A stretch of DNA of 64,000 bases from positions 18,964 to 82,963 of the forward strand of contig CAJXQR010000011.1 of assembly GCA_913058345.1 (NCBI GenBank). The letters run 5' to 3'. Positions within the stretch are counted from its first letter, which is position 1, and every line of letters starts with the position of its first letter. This document shows positions 36,420-46,812 of the stretch, piece by piece. A program made the translations under genes and the position numbers. Origin of the DNA: an uncultured Gammaproteobacteria bacterium. GTDB taxonomy: Bacteria > Pseudomonadota > Gammaproteobacteria > Pseudomonadales > Porticoccaceae. Under the pieces are notes generated by a model. It did no database searches. It was not told where the DNA came from and saw only the letters and a list, made by a program, of their open reading frames with translations.

Positions 36420-38008
36420 AGATTCAATTGAATAAATCTTTTTTCATTACAGTTGCCTTGTTGATTGCGACAGCGACCCTTGCGCACTACTCGGCCCTAT
36501 GGCGTATGAAAGAGACCACAGGCAGTGATGACGTTGCTGCCGAGAAAAAACCACTCTACTGGGTCGCGCCGATGGACCCCAATTATAAGCGCGATAATGC
36601 GGGTAAATCTCCTATGGGGATGGATCTGATACCTGTGTATAAAGACGCGGTCGGCGATCAGGAGATTGGCACAGTCACCATCTCTCCGGATGTGGTTAAC
36701 AATCTGGGCGTACGTACAGCTCCTGTCACTCGGGGGCGTTTGGATCTAACCATCAGTACAGTGGGTTATGTGCAATACGATGAAGATCGCCTTGTTCACA
36801 TTCATCCACGGGTGGAGGGTTGGATCGAAAAGCTCCATGTCAAAGCTGCGGGTGATCCGGTTATACAGGGTGAGCCGCTGTATGCGTTGTATTCGCCGAC
36901 TTTGGTCAATGCCCAGGAAGAACTGTTGCTGGCATTAAAACGAAATAATCCAACACTAATCACGGCTGCCATGGAGCGGTTATCGGCCTTGCAAGTGCCT
37001 CATTCAGAAATCAATCGCCTAAAAAAATCCGGCAAGGTTAGTCAGACCATTACCATCACTGCACCTCAATCTGGGGTATTGGATAATCTGAACACTCGGG
37101 AAGGGATGTTTGTTAAGCCGGGTATGGAGATGATGGCCATAGGCCAACTGGAGCATATCTGGGTGATTGGTGAAATATTTGAACGGCAGGCGGCCAGTGT
37201 GCAAGTGGGTGATGCAGTGCGCATGCGACTGGATTATTTACCCGGTCGCGAGTGGAAAGGAAATGTTGATTATATTTACCCCTCTCTGAACGCCAAAACG
37301 CGTACCGCTCAGGTGAGGGTGCATTTTGACAGCTCGGATAGATTCCTGAGGCCGGGCATGTTTGCGCAAATGACAATAGTTACCAAGCCCTCGCGGGAGA
37401 CTTTACTCATTCCCCGTGAAGCACTGATTCGTACCGGTAGCCAATCAAGAGTGGTATTGGCAAAAGGTGAAGGGCGTTTTAAGTCCATCGCAGTGAAGGT
37501 AGGCAGAATTGGTGAAGATAAGGTGGAAATTCTTTCTGGTTTAAAAGACGGTGAGCGTATTGTTACGTCTGCCCAGTTCCTGATTGATTCCGAATCCAGC
37601 AAAACCTCAGACTTCAAGCGCATGGCCCATGCAGATGATCGGATAACCGCAAGTTCCGACTCGGTCTGGGTAAGTGCACGTGTTGAAAGCCTGATGACAG
37701 AGCATCGAATGGTAACTCTGGCGCATGCAGCCATCGAAGGTTGGCAGTGGCCGGCTATGGTAATGGACTTTACGGTCGACGAAGCGGTGGATATGAGCCG
37801 GTTTGGTTCTGGAATGAATATCCATGTGGAGATTCGCCGGGAAGACAATAATTTCGTGATTAGCCAAGTGCATATTCCCGACATGGATCCAGACAATGTC
37901 CAGCCAACCGATGCCATGGAACACAGTGATCTTGAAAGTATGAATCATCAGGAGATGGATCATAGCGGGATGGATCACAGTGAGCACCAGCAGGAGGCCG
38001 GACAATGA
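36416..38008 (+). CDS. cusB: CusB-type RND periplasmic adaptor with N-terminal HMBD and fused C-terminal CusF-like domain plus His/Met/Asp tail
   Basis: YWVAPMDPNYKRD..SPMGMDLIP; adaptor core; ..MVTLAHAAIEGWQWPAMVMDFTV.. (CusF H/W/M/M pattern); tail DAMEHSDLESMNHQEMDHSGMDHSEHQ. Confidence 0.85.
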   Translation: MKIQLNKSFFITVALLIATATLAHYSALWRMKETTGSDDVAAEKKPLYWVAPMDPNYKRDNAGKSPMGMDLIPVYKDAVGDQEIGTVTISPDVVNNLGVRTAPVTRGRLDLTISTVGYVQYDEDRLVHIHPRVEGWIEKLHVKAAGDPVIQGEPLYALYSPTLVNAQEELLLALKRNNPTLITAAMERLSALQVPHSEINRLKKSGKVSQTITITAPQSGVLDNLNTREGMFVKPGMEMMAIGQLEHIWVIGEIFERQAASVQVGDAVRMRLDYLPGREWKGNVDYIYPSLNAKTRTAQVRVHFDSSDRFLRPGMFAQMTIVTKPSRETLLIPREALIRTGSQSRVVLAKGEGRFKSIAVKVGRIGEDKVEILSGLKDGERIVTSAQFLIDSESSKTSDFKRMAHADDRITASSDSVWVSARVESLMTEHRMVTLAHAAIEGWQWPAMVMDFTVDEAVDMSRFGSGMNIHVEIRREDNNFVISQVHIPDMDPDNVQPTDAMEHSDLESMNHQEMDHSGMDHSEHQQEAGQ

Positions 38009-41000
38009 TCGAAGCAATTATTCGCTGGTCCGTTCATAACCGTTTTTTTGTTCTGTTGGCCACCTTGATGTTGGTGGGAATTGGTGGCTGGTCCCTTAAA
38101 AATACACCGGTAGATGCTATTCCCGATTTGTCGGACGTGCAGGTGATTATCAAAACCAGTTATCCGGGGCAGGCGCCGCAGGTGGTGGAAGATCAGGTCA
38201 CCTATCCGCTGACTACTGCCATGTTGTCAGTACCGGGTGCGGTCACCGTACGCGGCTACTCGTTTTTTGGCGACTCCTATGTCTATGTCATTTTTGATGA
38301 AGATACCGATGCTTACTGGGCCCGCTCGCGGGTATTGGAATACCTGTCGCAGGTGGCGCCGACGCTGCCACCCAGTGCCAGACCACAATTGGGACCGGAT
38401 GCGACTGGCGTGGGATGGGTTTATCTCTACGCGTTGGTAGATAGAACTGGTCAGCACGACATCAGTCAGTTGCGCAGCCTGCAGGATTGGTTTTTGAAAT
38501 ACGAACTGCAAACGGTGCCGGGGGTGTCAGAAGTCTCTGCGCTTGGCGGTATGGTCAAACAGTATCAGGTCAAAGTAAATCCGGACAAGCTTCGTGCTTT
38601 TAATATTCCTCTCTCTCATATCCAGATGGCCATCCAACGTGGTAATCAGGAAGTTGGTGCTTCTGTTGTGGAGATGAGTGAAGCGGAATATATGGTGCGT
38701 GCCAGTGGCTATATCCAGGGTATTGACGATCTGAGAACCATTCCTCTGGGTTTGGATATGAATGGCACACCGCTGTTATTAAAGGATGTGGCCGATATTG
38801 AACTGGGTCCGCAAATGCGCCGTGGTATTGCTGAACTTAATGGTGAGGGAGAAGTGGTAGGTGGGATTGTCGTCATGCGCTTTGGCGAGAATGCCCAGAA
38901 AACCATTGATGGCGTCAAAGCAAAGTTGGAAAAACTCAAGGTGGGTTTGCCGGAAGGCGTAGAAATTGTCACGGTTTACGACCGATCTCGATTGATCTCT
39001 AGCGCCATTGACAGTTTATGGAAAAGTCTGGTTGAAGAGCTTGCTATCGTCGCGTTGATCTGTGTCATTTTCTTATTTCATGTCAGGTCATCACTGGTGG
39101 CAGTCGTTAGCCTGCCGCTGGGAATCCTGACGGCCTTTATTGTGATGTACTGGCAAGGCATTAATGCAAACATTATGTCCCTTGGAGGAATCGCGATTGC
39201 CATCGGTGCCATGATAGATGGTGCGATTGTGATGATTGAAAATATGCATAAGCATATGGAACGTACGCCGTTGACGCCAGAGAACCGTTGGAAAGTGGTG
39301 GCAGAGTCTGCCAGCGAAGTCGGCCCGGCATTGTTTTTCAGTCTGCTGATTATCACCGTCAGCTTTGTGCCGGTATTTACCCTGGAGGCTCAGGAAGGCC
39401 GAATGTTTAGTCCCCTAGCCTTCACTAAAACCTATGCCATGGCCGCCAGCGCCGCGTTGGCAGTGACAGTGGTGCCGGTGTTGATGGGGTATTTTATCAG
39501 GGGCAAGGTGGTCGCCGAGAGAAAAAACCCCATCAACAGGTTGCTGATTGCAGGCTATATGCCGCTGCTCAAGGGTGTTTTGCGCTTTCCAAAAATCACA
39601 CTCGCCATGGCTGGCGTTGTGTTTCTTGTTGGGATCTGGCCGCTTAACAAGATTGGCAGCGAATTCATACCCGATCTGGATGAAGGCGACCTGATGTACA
39701 TGCCCACTACCTATCCGGGCCTGTCCATCGGCAAGGCGCGGGAAATCCTGCAACAGACTGACAAGCTGATTGCCACAGTTCCGGAAGTAGAAACCGTATT
39801 TGGCAAAATTGGACGGGCTGAAACTGCTACAGATCCGGCGCCGCTAACCATGATTGAAACCTTTATTCAGTTGAAACCCAGAGAGGCGTGGCGCGATGGC
39901 ATGACCACCGACAAACTCAAGAAGGAGCTTGATGCGCTGGTGAAGTTTCCCGGCTTGACCAATGCCTGGGTGATGCCCATCAAAACCCGCATCGACATGC
40001 TGGCTACCGGTATAAAAACCCCGGTGGGTATTAAGGTGGCTGGCCCCGACCTCAAGGAGATCGAAAAAATCGGCAAGCGTTTGGAGCAGGTGCTCAAAGA
40101 TGTACCTGGCACAGCCTCAGTATATTCCGAGCGAGTAGCGGGTGGCCGTTATATCAAGGTGGATATTCAGCGAGAAAAAGCCGCACGCTATGGCCTCAAT
40201 ATCGCCGATGTGCAGCTAGTGGTTGCCACCGCTATAGGCGGTATGAACGTAGCGCAGACTATCGAAGGGCTGGAACGTTACCCCGTCAACCTGCGTTACC
40301 CACAAGATTATCGCAACTCTCCCGAGCAGTTAGCTCTGCTGCCTATTGTCACGACCAGTGGTCAGCGCATTGCATTGGGGGATGTTGCTCGTGTTTATGT
40401 TGAAGACGGGCCGCCTGCCATCAAGAGTGAAAACGCCCGTCTTAATGGTTGGACCTTTGTCGATATCGACGGAGTGGATGTCGGCAGTTATGTGGAAGAC
40501 GCTATGAAAGTGGTGGCCGATCAGGTCGAACTACCAACAAGCTACTCCCTGAATTGGTCGGGACAGTATGAATACATGTTGCGGGCCAAAGAGAAGCTCT
40601 CCTACGTGGTGCCTCTGACTCTGGCAATTATCATCGTGCTGCTCTATTTAAATTTCCGCAGTGTTGCCGAGGTCGCCATCATTATGGGCACCTTACCACT
40701 GGCAATGATTGGGTCCATCTGGTTGATGTATTTGCTTGGTTACAACTTTTCCGTTGCTGTGGGTGTGGGTTTTATCGCGTTGGCGGGCGTGGCGGTAGAA
40801 ATTGGCGTCATTATGCTGGTCTATCTCAACCAGGCACATACGCTTTTCTTGCTTCAGTGTGAGGAGCGGGGCATCACACCGAGTATGAAAGGATTACGGG
40901 AAGCTGTTCTTCACGGTGCAGGCTTACGTGTTAGACCGGTGATGATGACGACAGTCTCTACTATTGTCGGCTTACTGCCGATCATGTTCAGTACCGGTAC

Positions 41001-41127
41001 AGGGGCGGAAGTGGTCAGCAGAATTGCTGCACCTATGGTGGGGGGCATGCTCAGTGCTTTGGTATTGACATTGTTGGTATTGCCGGCGGTTTATTTGCTT
41101 TGGAAGCAGGGCAAGGTAGATGAATAG
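38005..41127 (+). CDS. cusA: CusA/CzcA-family heavy-metal efflux RND pump
   Basis: 1040 aa, 12-TM RND architecture, ATGA overlap with cusB. Confidence 0.95.
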   Translation: MIEAIIRWSVHNRFFVLLATLMLVGIGGWSLKNTPVDAIPDLSDVQVIIKTSYPGQAPQVVEDQVTYPLTTAMLSVPGAVTVRGYSFFGDSYVYVIFDEDTDAYWARSRVLEYLSQVAPTLPPSARPQLGPDATGVGWVYLYALVDRTGQHDISQLRSLQDWFLKYELQTVPGVSEVSALGGMVKQYQVKVNPDKLRAFNIPLSHIQMAIQRGNQEVGASVVEMSEAEYMVRASGYIQGIDDLRTIPLGLDMNGTPLLLKDVADIELGPQMRRGIAELNGEGEVVGGIVVMRFGENAQKTIDGVKAKLEKLKVGLPEGVEIVTVYDRSRLISSAIDSLWKSLVEELAIVALICVIFLFHVRSSLVAVVSLPLGILTAFIVMYWQGINANIMSLGGIAIAIGAMIDGAIVMIENMHKHMERTPLTPENRWKVVAESASEVGPALFFSLLIITVSFVPVFTLEAQEGRMFSPLAFTKTYAMAASAALAVTVVPVLMGYFIRGKVVAERKNPINRLLIAGYMPLLKGVLRFPKITLAMAGVVFLVGIWPLNKIGSEFIPDLDEGDLMYMPTTYPGLSIGKAREILQQTDKLIATVPEVETVFGKIGRAETATDPAPLTMIETFIQLKPREAWRDGMTTDKLKKELDALVKFPGLTNAWVMPIKTRIDMLATGIKTPVGIKVAGPDLKEIEKIGKRLEQVLKDVPGTASVYSERVAGGRYIKVDIQREKAARYGLNIADVQLVVATAIGGMNVAQTIEGLERYPVNLRYPQDYRNSPEQLALLPIVTTSGQRIALGDVARVYVEDGPPAIKSENARLNGWTFVDIDGVDVGSYVEDAMKVVADQVELPTSYSLNWSGQYEYMLRAKEKLSYVVPLTLAIIIVLLYLNFRSVAEVAIIMGTLPLAMIGSIWLMYLLGYNFSVAVGVGFIALAGVAVEIGVIMLVYLNQAHTLFLLQCEERGITPSMKGLREAVLHGAGLRVRPVMMTTVSTIVGLLPIMFSTGTGAEVVSRIAAPMVGGMLSALVLTLLVLPAVYLLWKQGKVDE

Positions 41128-41357
41128 CTGGACGAAGAACTTACAAGGCCATTACAGCAATGTAATAAACGAGTCACCTTACCGTCAGGTACCCAGCCCT
41201 AGGATAGGCCGGATGTTTTCCTATGATCGGCACTTTGCTTTTTTTCATACGTAAGCTGGCGGACAGACAATTGATCGGTACCGACCGAGACAAATACAGC
41301 CAGATTCAGGGTGATTGAAATATTGAAAATCAAAAGTGGAAGACTGTTAAAAATTGC

Positions 41358-41388
41358 TTGACCTGTGTCTTGGACACAGGTGTAAGGT
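41358..41388 (+). promoter_or_regulatory. MerR-type promoter/operator (19-bp spacer with a perfect dyad)
   Basis: TTGACC - tgtgtcttggacacaggtg - TAAGGT; the dyad ACCTGTGTC ttg GACACAGGT spans the -35/spacer. Confidence 0.75.
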
Positions 41389-41524
41389 GACAAAAAGCCG
41401 GACAAATTCTTTGGATTTTCTCTCGGGTTTAGAACTGATGATTGACTCATATCAAGGCAAGGAACAGATCTTCGGGGTTAATCTGAATCCTGCGATAGTC
41501 AGACTGAGCTGCGAGGAGGGCTGT

Positions 41525-41941
41525 GTGAAAGTTATCGAAATGGCCAGGCGTTTAGGGGTTACGGCCGATACCGTGCGGTTTTATACCCGGATCAAGATTC
41601 TGAAACCGGGTAAGAACAAAGCCAATGGATATCGGGAATACAGCGAAAAGGATTACAACCGCTTGCGATTCGTGCTGAGTGCACGGCAACTGGGCTTTTC
41701 CGTTGAGGATATTCAGGAAATTTTGAACCACGCGGATAAGAAGAAATCGCCTTGCCCGACGGTGCGCCGCCTGATTGATCAGCGCCTGCATGAAACCGAG
41801 CGACAGCTTAGGGAAACGTTGAAATTGCGGGATCGCATGCAACAGGCTGTGTTGGAGTGGAGTCAAAAGCCGGATAAGGCGCCAACGGGCCATATGCTTT
41901 GCCATCTGATCGAAGAATTCACTGCGGAGGAAAGGTTATGA
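41525..41941 (+). CDS. MerR-family metal-responsive transcriptional regulator
   Basis: Start at GTG 41525 (VKVIEMARRLGVTADTVRFYTR..) or ATG 41540; HTH, coiled coil, Cys in ..KKSPCPTV.. and C-terminal ..GHMLCH.. Confidence 0.85.
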   Translation: MKVIEMARRLGVTADTVRFYTRIKILKPGKNKANGYREYSEKDYNRLRFVLSARQLGFSVEDIQEILNHADKKKSPCPTVRRLIDQRLHETERQLRETLKLRDRMQQAVLEWSQKPDKAPTGHMLCHLIEEFTAEERL

Positions 41942-42258
41942 ATACACACAAAACGCCAAGTGCGAATCTACACCGAGGTGGTTGTTGCTGCGCCGGCAAA
42001 TCATCCGTTTCTGCTGAAGCCCGTGATATCCGCAGCGTTAGCGATACGTCTCTTCCTCTTCATCGTTTACAGGTTCAGGGTGCCAGCTGCGGTGGTTGCG
42101 TGAAAAGTATCGAGCAGACGTTGAAATCCGTTGCAGGGGTTAGCGAAGTGTCGATGGACCTGGTAACGGGCATCGCTTCAGTCATTGGTGTGGTTGAACC
42201 AAAAAACCTTACCGATGCGTTGGATCGTGTGGGTTTTCCCGCAACGCTCATTCGCTAG
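41938..42258 (+). CDS. HMA-domain metallochaperone-like protein (CopZ-like) with a Cys-rich N-terminus
   Basis: ATGA overlap with merR; GGCCCAGK then LQVQGASCGGCVKSIEQTL (CxxC HMA fold). Confidence 0.8.
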   Translation: MNTHKTPSANLHRGGCCCAGKSSVSAEARDIRSVSDTSLPLHRLQVQGASCGGCVKSIEQTLKSVAGVSEVSMDLVTGIASVIGVVEPKNLTDALDRVGFPATLIR

Positions 42259-42287
42259 TTGCTGTCAAGTAAACCAGGAGTATGGAT

Positions 42288-44612
42288 ATGAGTTCAACAA
42301 ACACGGAATCTGGCAATCCATCCTGCCATGAAGGTACGGAAACTGGCCAGCATCACCACCATCATGTTCATGGCGGCAGCGCAGTAAGCCAGGAATTGAT
42401 GATCGAAGGCGCTGGTTGTGCCAGCTGTGTGGGAAAAATCGAATCCGCCCTAAAAGCGATACCGGGTGTGGAAAACGCGGAAATGAATTTCGCTCAGCGA
42501 ACCGTCAGCGTGTTGGGTTCGGCGCCTGCCGAGCAATTGATAAAAGCCGTTGAGGGCGCTGGTTATAACGCCAAAATCAGCCTTGCTGACAATGAAGACG
42601 ATGCATTGGCGGAAAAAGAAAAAGCTGATTGGGCTTACTACAAACGACTGATGCGGGAAATGACCATCGCCCTCAGCCTGGGCGTGCCGCTGATGATTTA
42701 CAGCATCGTAGTCGGCGAAATGACGGTAACAAGCACTGGTGAGCGCATTGCCTGGTTGGCTGTTGGATTACTGACGCTTGGGGTGATGGTGTTCTCCGGC
42801 AAACACTTTTATGTCGGTGCCTGGCAATCCTTTAAAAATCACTCGGCCAATATGGATACCTTGATTGCTTTAGGCACAGGTACGGCGTGGGTGTATTCGA
42901 TGGTGGTGGTGTTTGTTCCTCACTTGGTGCCGGAAATGGCGCGCCATGTTTATTTCGAGGCGACCGCGATGATTATTGGTTTAATCGATCTCGGTCTTGC
43001 CCTGGAATTGAAAGCCCGCGGTCGTACCTCTGAGGCTATTAAGCGCCTGATTGGATTGCAGGCGAAAACGGCGCGGGTTATTCGCGATGACAAAGAACTG
43101 GATATCGCTATCGAACAGGTTCTACTGAACGATGTGGTCCGCGTGCGCCCAGGTGAAAAAATTCCCGTCGATGGTGAAGTGGTTGAAGGGCATACGGCGA
43201 TTGACGAATCCATGCTCACCGGCGAGCCGATGCCGGTTGAAAAAGCCACTGGGAATACCGTAGCGGCGGGCACCATCAATAAATCCGGCTCAATTCTGTT
43301 TAAAGCTACCCGCGTTGGTAAAGACACGGCGCTGGCGCAAATCATCAATATGGTCAAGCGCGCACAAAACTCCAAGCCGCCGATTGGTCGTTTGGCTGAT
43401 GTCATCTCGGCGTATTTTGTACCGGTGGTGATGATTATTGCTGTGGTGAGTGCCTTGACCTGGCTTAATTTTGGACCGGAACCGGCGGTGGCATTTGCCA
43501 TAGTATCGGCCACGACTGTATTGATTATCGCCTGTCCCTGTGCGCTGGGGCTGGCCACGCCGATGTCGGTGATGGTGGGTGTGGGTAAGGCCGCAGAGGC
43601 GGGCGTGCTGATTCGCAACGGTGAAGCCCTGCAAACCGCGTCGAAGATAACGGCGATGATTCTGGATAAAACCGGCACCATTACCTTGGGTGCACCGAAG
43701 GTCACCGATGTACTGGTGGCGGGTGAGTATGATGAGCAGGCGGTGTTGCGATTGGCAGCAACGCTTGAATCCGGCTCTGAGCATCCGTTGGCCATGGCTA
43801 TTGTTGAAAGTGCTCAGGAAAGGGGGATCGAAACCGGCAAAGTCTCCAACTTTAACGCCATTGCTGGCCACGGCGTGCAGGCGGAAGTAGACGGTAAAAC
43901 GCTGTTGTTTGGCAATGAAAAACTCATGCGCGAGCGCACCATTGAGCTCGGTGATTTTGTTGAAATGGCCCAGGCGCTGGCCGCCGAGGCTAAAACGCCG
44001 ATGTATTTCGCCGTTGATAATAAGCTCGCAGCGATTATCGCAGTAGCCGATCCGATTAAGGAAGACTCCATCGCTGCCATCAAGCGCCTGCAGCATAACG
44101 GCATCCGGGTGGTGATGCTCACCGGCGATAACCGTGCCACGGCCAAAGCGGTAGCGAAAAAAGCCGGTATCAAGGAATTTTTCGCCGAAGTGCTGCCGGA
44201 AGAAAAATCCAAAAAGGTGCAGGAACTGCAGATGGAAGGCGAAGTGGTGGGCATGACCGGGGACGGCATTAACGATGCGCCGGCCCTGGCTATCGCCAAT
44301 GTCGGTTTTGCTATCGGCACCGGTACGGATGTGGCCATTGAGAGTGCCGACATAACACTGATGCGGGGTTCGTTACATGGCCTGGCGGATGCCATTGCCG
44401 TCAGCAAGGCTACGTTGCGCAATATCAAACAAAATTTATTTGGCGCCTTTATTTACAACGTGGCCGGTGTACCGTTTGCGGCTGGCGTGTTGTATCCATT
44501 TTTCGGTTTGCTGTTAAGTCCGGTGATTGCCGGTGCGGCGATGGCGTTTTCATCGCTGACAGTTGTAACCAATGCTAATAGGCTGCGCTTCTTTAAAGCG
44601 CAGGAGCACTAA
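42288..44612 (+). CDS. copA: Cu(I)/Ag(I)-translocating P1B-type ATPase
   Basis: [43 protein letters not shown], and the YN and MAFSS TM motifs of the Cu(I) subclass; the second ATG is chosen for RBS spacing. Confidence 0.95.
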   Translation: MSSTNTESGNPSCHEGTETGQHHHHHVHGGSAVSQELMIEGAGCASCVGKIESALKAIPGVENAEMNFAQRTVSVLGSAPAEQLIKAVEGAGYNAKISLADNEDDALAEKEKADWAYYKRLMREMTIALSLGVPLMIYSIVVGEMTVTSTGERIAWLAVGLLTLGVMVFSGKHFYVGAWQSFKNHSANMDTLIALGTGTAWVYSMVVVFVPHLVPEMARHVYFEATAMIIGLIDLGLALELKARGRTSEAIKRLIGLQAKTARVIRDDKELDIAIEQVLLNDVVRVRPGEKIPVDGEVVEGHTAIDESMLTGEPMPVEKATGNTVAAGTINKSGSILFKATRVGKDTALAQIINMVKRAQNSKPPIGRLADVISAYFVPVVMIIAVVSALTWLNFGPEPAVAFAIVSATTVLIIACPCALGLATPMSVMVGVGKAAEAGVLIRNGEALQTASKITAMILDKTGTITLGAPKVTDVLVAGEYDEQAVLRLAATLESGSEHPLAMAIVESAQERGIETGKVSNFNAIAGHGVQAEVDGKTLLFGNEKLMRERTIELGDFVEMAQALAAEAKTPMYFAVDNKLAAIIAVADPIKEDSIAAIKRLQHNGIRVVMLTGDNRATAKAVAKKAGIKEFFAEVLPEEKSKKVQELQMEGEVVGMTGDGINDAPALAIANVGFAIGTGTDVAIESADITLMRGSLHGLADAIAVSKATLRNIKQNLFGAFIYNVAGVPFAAGVLYPFFGLLLSPVIAGAAMAFSSLTVVTNANRLRFFKAQEH

Positions 44613-44639
44613 TGAGAATGTCGGGATGAGGGCGTTGCG

Positions 44640-44993
44640 ATGATGATTATTAATATTGCGGGTTTAGCGCTGATTGCACTGATTGTGTGGTGGTTCTGGC
44701 TCTACAAGCCGAAAGAAGCCGAGCTGGGTGAAAACGATCTGGTGATAACTGTGGAAAACGGTACCTATTCGCCTTCGCGCATTAAGGTGCCAGCTGGAGC
44801 ACCATTTGAAATTAAATTTATGCGCAAAGATCAATCACCCTGTTCTGAGACTTTATTGATCCCCGAACTGCAAATCAGCGACACTTTGCCGTTGAATAAA
44901 CTGAAGACCATTCAGCTGCCAGCAATGTCATCCGGCGAGTATGCGTTTCATTGTCAGATGCAGATGTACCGTGGACAAATCACGGTGAAATAA
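44640..44993 (+). CDS. membrane-anchored cupredoxin-fold protein
   Basis: 117 aa; N-terminal TM; C-terminal ..EYAFHCQMQMYRGQITV copper-site-like motif. Confidence 0.7.
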   Translation: MMIINIAGLALIALIVWWFWLYKPKEAELGENDLVITVENGTYSPSRIKVPAGAPFEIKFMRKDQSPCSETLLIPELQISDTLPLNKLKTIQLPAMSSGEYAFHCQMQMYRGQITVK

Positions 44994-45005
44994 GCAGGAG
45001 GCCCA

Positions 45006-45344
45006 ATGAACATCAACAAAGTCATGGCCATTTTTGACGAGTTTCGCCTGAAAAACGTGGAAGAAACTTTGATTCGACATGGGGTGAAGGGGTTTACCTT
45101 GCATCCAGTTCGTGGGCGTGGTCATTACTTTGACAGTTTTAACGAAAACCATTTGATCAAGCATATTCAAATGGAAGTTTACGCCAAGGCGGAGCAGGCC
45201 AAGGAAATCGCACGGTTGATTGTGGATGCGGCGCATGCCAATGCCGATAGCGAAGGGCTGGTCTGCATTGTGCCGGTTAACGATCTGCTATGGATACACG
45301 ATAAACGCGGCGCAATAGACAACGATTTTCAATTACACAGGTGA
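45006..45344 (+). CDS. P-II (GlnB-like) family protein
   Basis: 112 aa; AGGAGG RBS; ferredoxin-like P-II pattern ..VMAIFDEFRLKNVEETLIRHGVKGFTL.PVRGRG.. Confidence 0.7.
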   Translation: MNINKVMAIFDEFRLKNVEETLIRHGVKGFTLHPVRGRGHYFDSFNENHLIKHIQMEVYAKAEQAKEIARLIVDAAHANADSEGLVCIVPVNDLLWIHDKRGAIDNDFQLHR

Positions 45345-45352
45345 GGTGTGAC

Positions 45353-45637
45353 ATGGCGACTCAAAAAACATCATTCTGGTTAACACCCAAAGGACTGGCG
45401 GCACTGGGACTTATCGGCGCGGTCACCTATTTTCTGCTCGTCGAGCACCGGCAACACGTCTGGCAGTTTCTGCCGTTCCTGATTTTCCTTGCCTGCCCCT
45501 TTATGCATCTGTTTATGCACGGCGGACACGGTGGTCATGGTAGCCATGATCAGCATGAGGGCGAGTCCGATCAGGATGCCTATCAGCGGGGGCTGGAGGA
45601 AGGCCGTCGGGAAAACGAACACCGTCATCACCATTAA
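45353..45637 (+). CDS. DUF2933-like small membrane protein with a His-rich tail
   Basis: Two TM segments, ..CPFMHLFMHGGHGGHGSHDQHE.. Confidence 0.6.
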   Translation: MATQKTSFWLTPKGLAALGLIGAVTYFLLVEHRQHVWQFLPFLIFLACPFMHLFMHGGHGGHGSHDQHEGESDQDAYQRGLEEGRRENEHRHHH

Positions 45638-45663
45638 TCCAACAATATTACAGGAGAAGAAGC

Positions 45664-46314
45664 ATGCACGGTGAATCCGCTTACGGCCTCTGGACGCTGG
45701 TGATACTTAATTCGGCGATATTTATTTTCTTTGCCTTCAGCTTTACCAAGCCGCAAACCAAAACTGACTGGCGAAGCTTTGGCGCTTTCTCGGCGTTTAT
45801 TATTGCCCTATTTACCGAGATGTATGGCTTTCCATTAACCATTTATTTTCTCTCCGGCTGGTTGGCGGAAAAATATCCTGGTATTGATTTTCTGTCCCAC
45901 GAAAACGGCCATCTTCTGCATACCCTTTTCGGTTTTGAAGGCAACCCTCATTTTGATCCGCTGCATATCGCCAGTAATGTCCTGATCATTTTGGGTTTCT
46001 TTTTGCTGGCCTCGGCGTGGAGTGTTCTGCACAAGGCGCAGCAGACCCGTTCGCTAGCGACTACCGGCTGGTATGCCCGTTGCCGCCACCCGCAGTACAT
46101 CGCATTTATCCTGATCATGTTTGGATTTCTGTTGCAGTGGCCGACGATCCTTACCGTGATTATGTTTCCGGTTCTGGTAGTGGTTTACGTGCGACTCGCT
46201 AAGCGTGAGGAGCGCATGGCATTGAAGGAATTCGGTGATGACTATCGCCGCTATATGGAAGTCACGCCGGCATGGATTCCGAAATTTAACGTCGATAAAA
46301 CTGTTTCCAACTGA
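45664..46314 (+). CDS. isoprenylcysteine carboxyl methyltransferase (ICMT/PEMT) family membrane protein
   Basis: ..TTGWYARCRHPQYIAFILIMFG.. signature. Confidence 0.8.
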   Translation: MHGESAYGLWTLVILNSAIFIFFAFSFTKPQTKTDWRSFGAFSAFIIALFTEMYGFPLTIYFLSGWLAEKYPGIDFLSHENGHLLHTLFGFEGNPHFDPLHIASNVLIILGFFLLASAWSVLHKAQQTRSLATTGWYARCRHPQYIAFILIMFGFLLQWPTILTVIMFPVLVVVYVRLAKREERMALKEFGDDYRRYMEVTPAWIPKFNVDKTVSN

Positions 46315-46327
46315 TGAGGGTACTCCG

Positions 46328-46771
46328 ATGAAAAAACTAATCTCCACTTTGGTAATAGCCGCCGCGATTTCTTCGCCCGTCTTTGCGGAAAAAGGGCACG
46401 AACATGGCGACAGTAAAGATCAGCCGATGGGCGGAATGATGATGGGCCATGAGCAAATGATGGCTATGCATGAGCACATGCAAAAGATGCACGACATGAT
46501 GGGAAAGATCAAAGCCGAAACCGATCCGGAAAAACGCCAGCAACTGATGCAGGAACATATGCGAGTCATGCAGAAGGGTATGCGATTAATGGGTGATGGC
46601 ATGGGAATGGACATGAACAAAGGTGAGTCATCAAAAATGGACGGCATGGCGATGATGAAACGTATGGACATGATGGAAGAGCGAATGGGCATGATGCAGA
46701 TGATGATGGGGCAAATGATGGATCATGAGTCTGAATCCCAAAAAACACCTGTCCACAAACACAAAAAATAG
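46328..46771 (+). CDS. Met/His-rich periplasmic protein (SilE/PcoE-like composition)
   Basis: Signal peptide MKKLISTLVIAAAISSPVFA, then repeated HE..MM..HEHM and M-rich stretches. Confidence 0.7.
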   Translation: MKKLISTLVIAAAISSPVFAEKGHEHGDSKDQPMGGMMMGHEQMMAMHEHMQKMHDMMGKIKAETDPEKRQQLMQEHMRVMQKGMRLMGDGMGMDMNKGESSKMDGMAMMKRMDMMEERMGMMQMMMGQMMDHESESQKTPVHKHKK

Positions 46772-46812
46772 ATGGGTTGCTTACTCAACCTGTCGATTGG
46801 AGGAAAAACACT

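Noticed and set aside
41199-41450. An 83-aa minus-strand ORF spanning the MerR promoter.
   Set aside because: It overlaps the regulatory dyad and the merR leader and has no RBS or family signal.
42950-44428. Antisense ORFs of 281, 268 and 204 aa inside copA. Similar antisense ORFs occur inside cusB (37309..37917), ftsH (60281..60811), hflK (57959..58522) and phosphoketolase (55742..56245).
   Set aside because: They lie entirely within strongly supported genes on the opposite strand. Their composition is low-complexity and no motif is recognisable.
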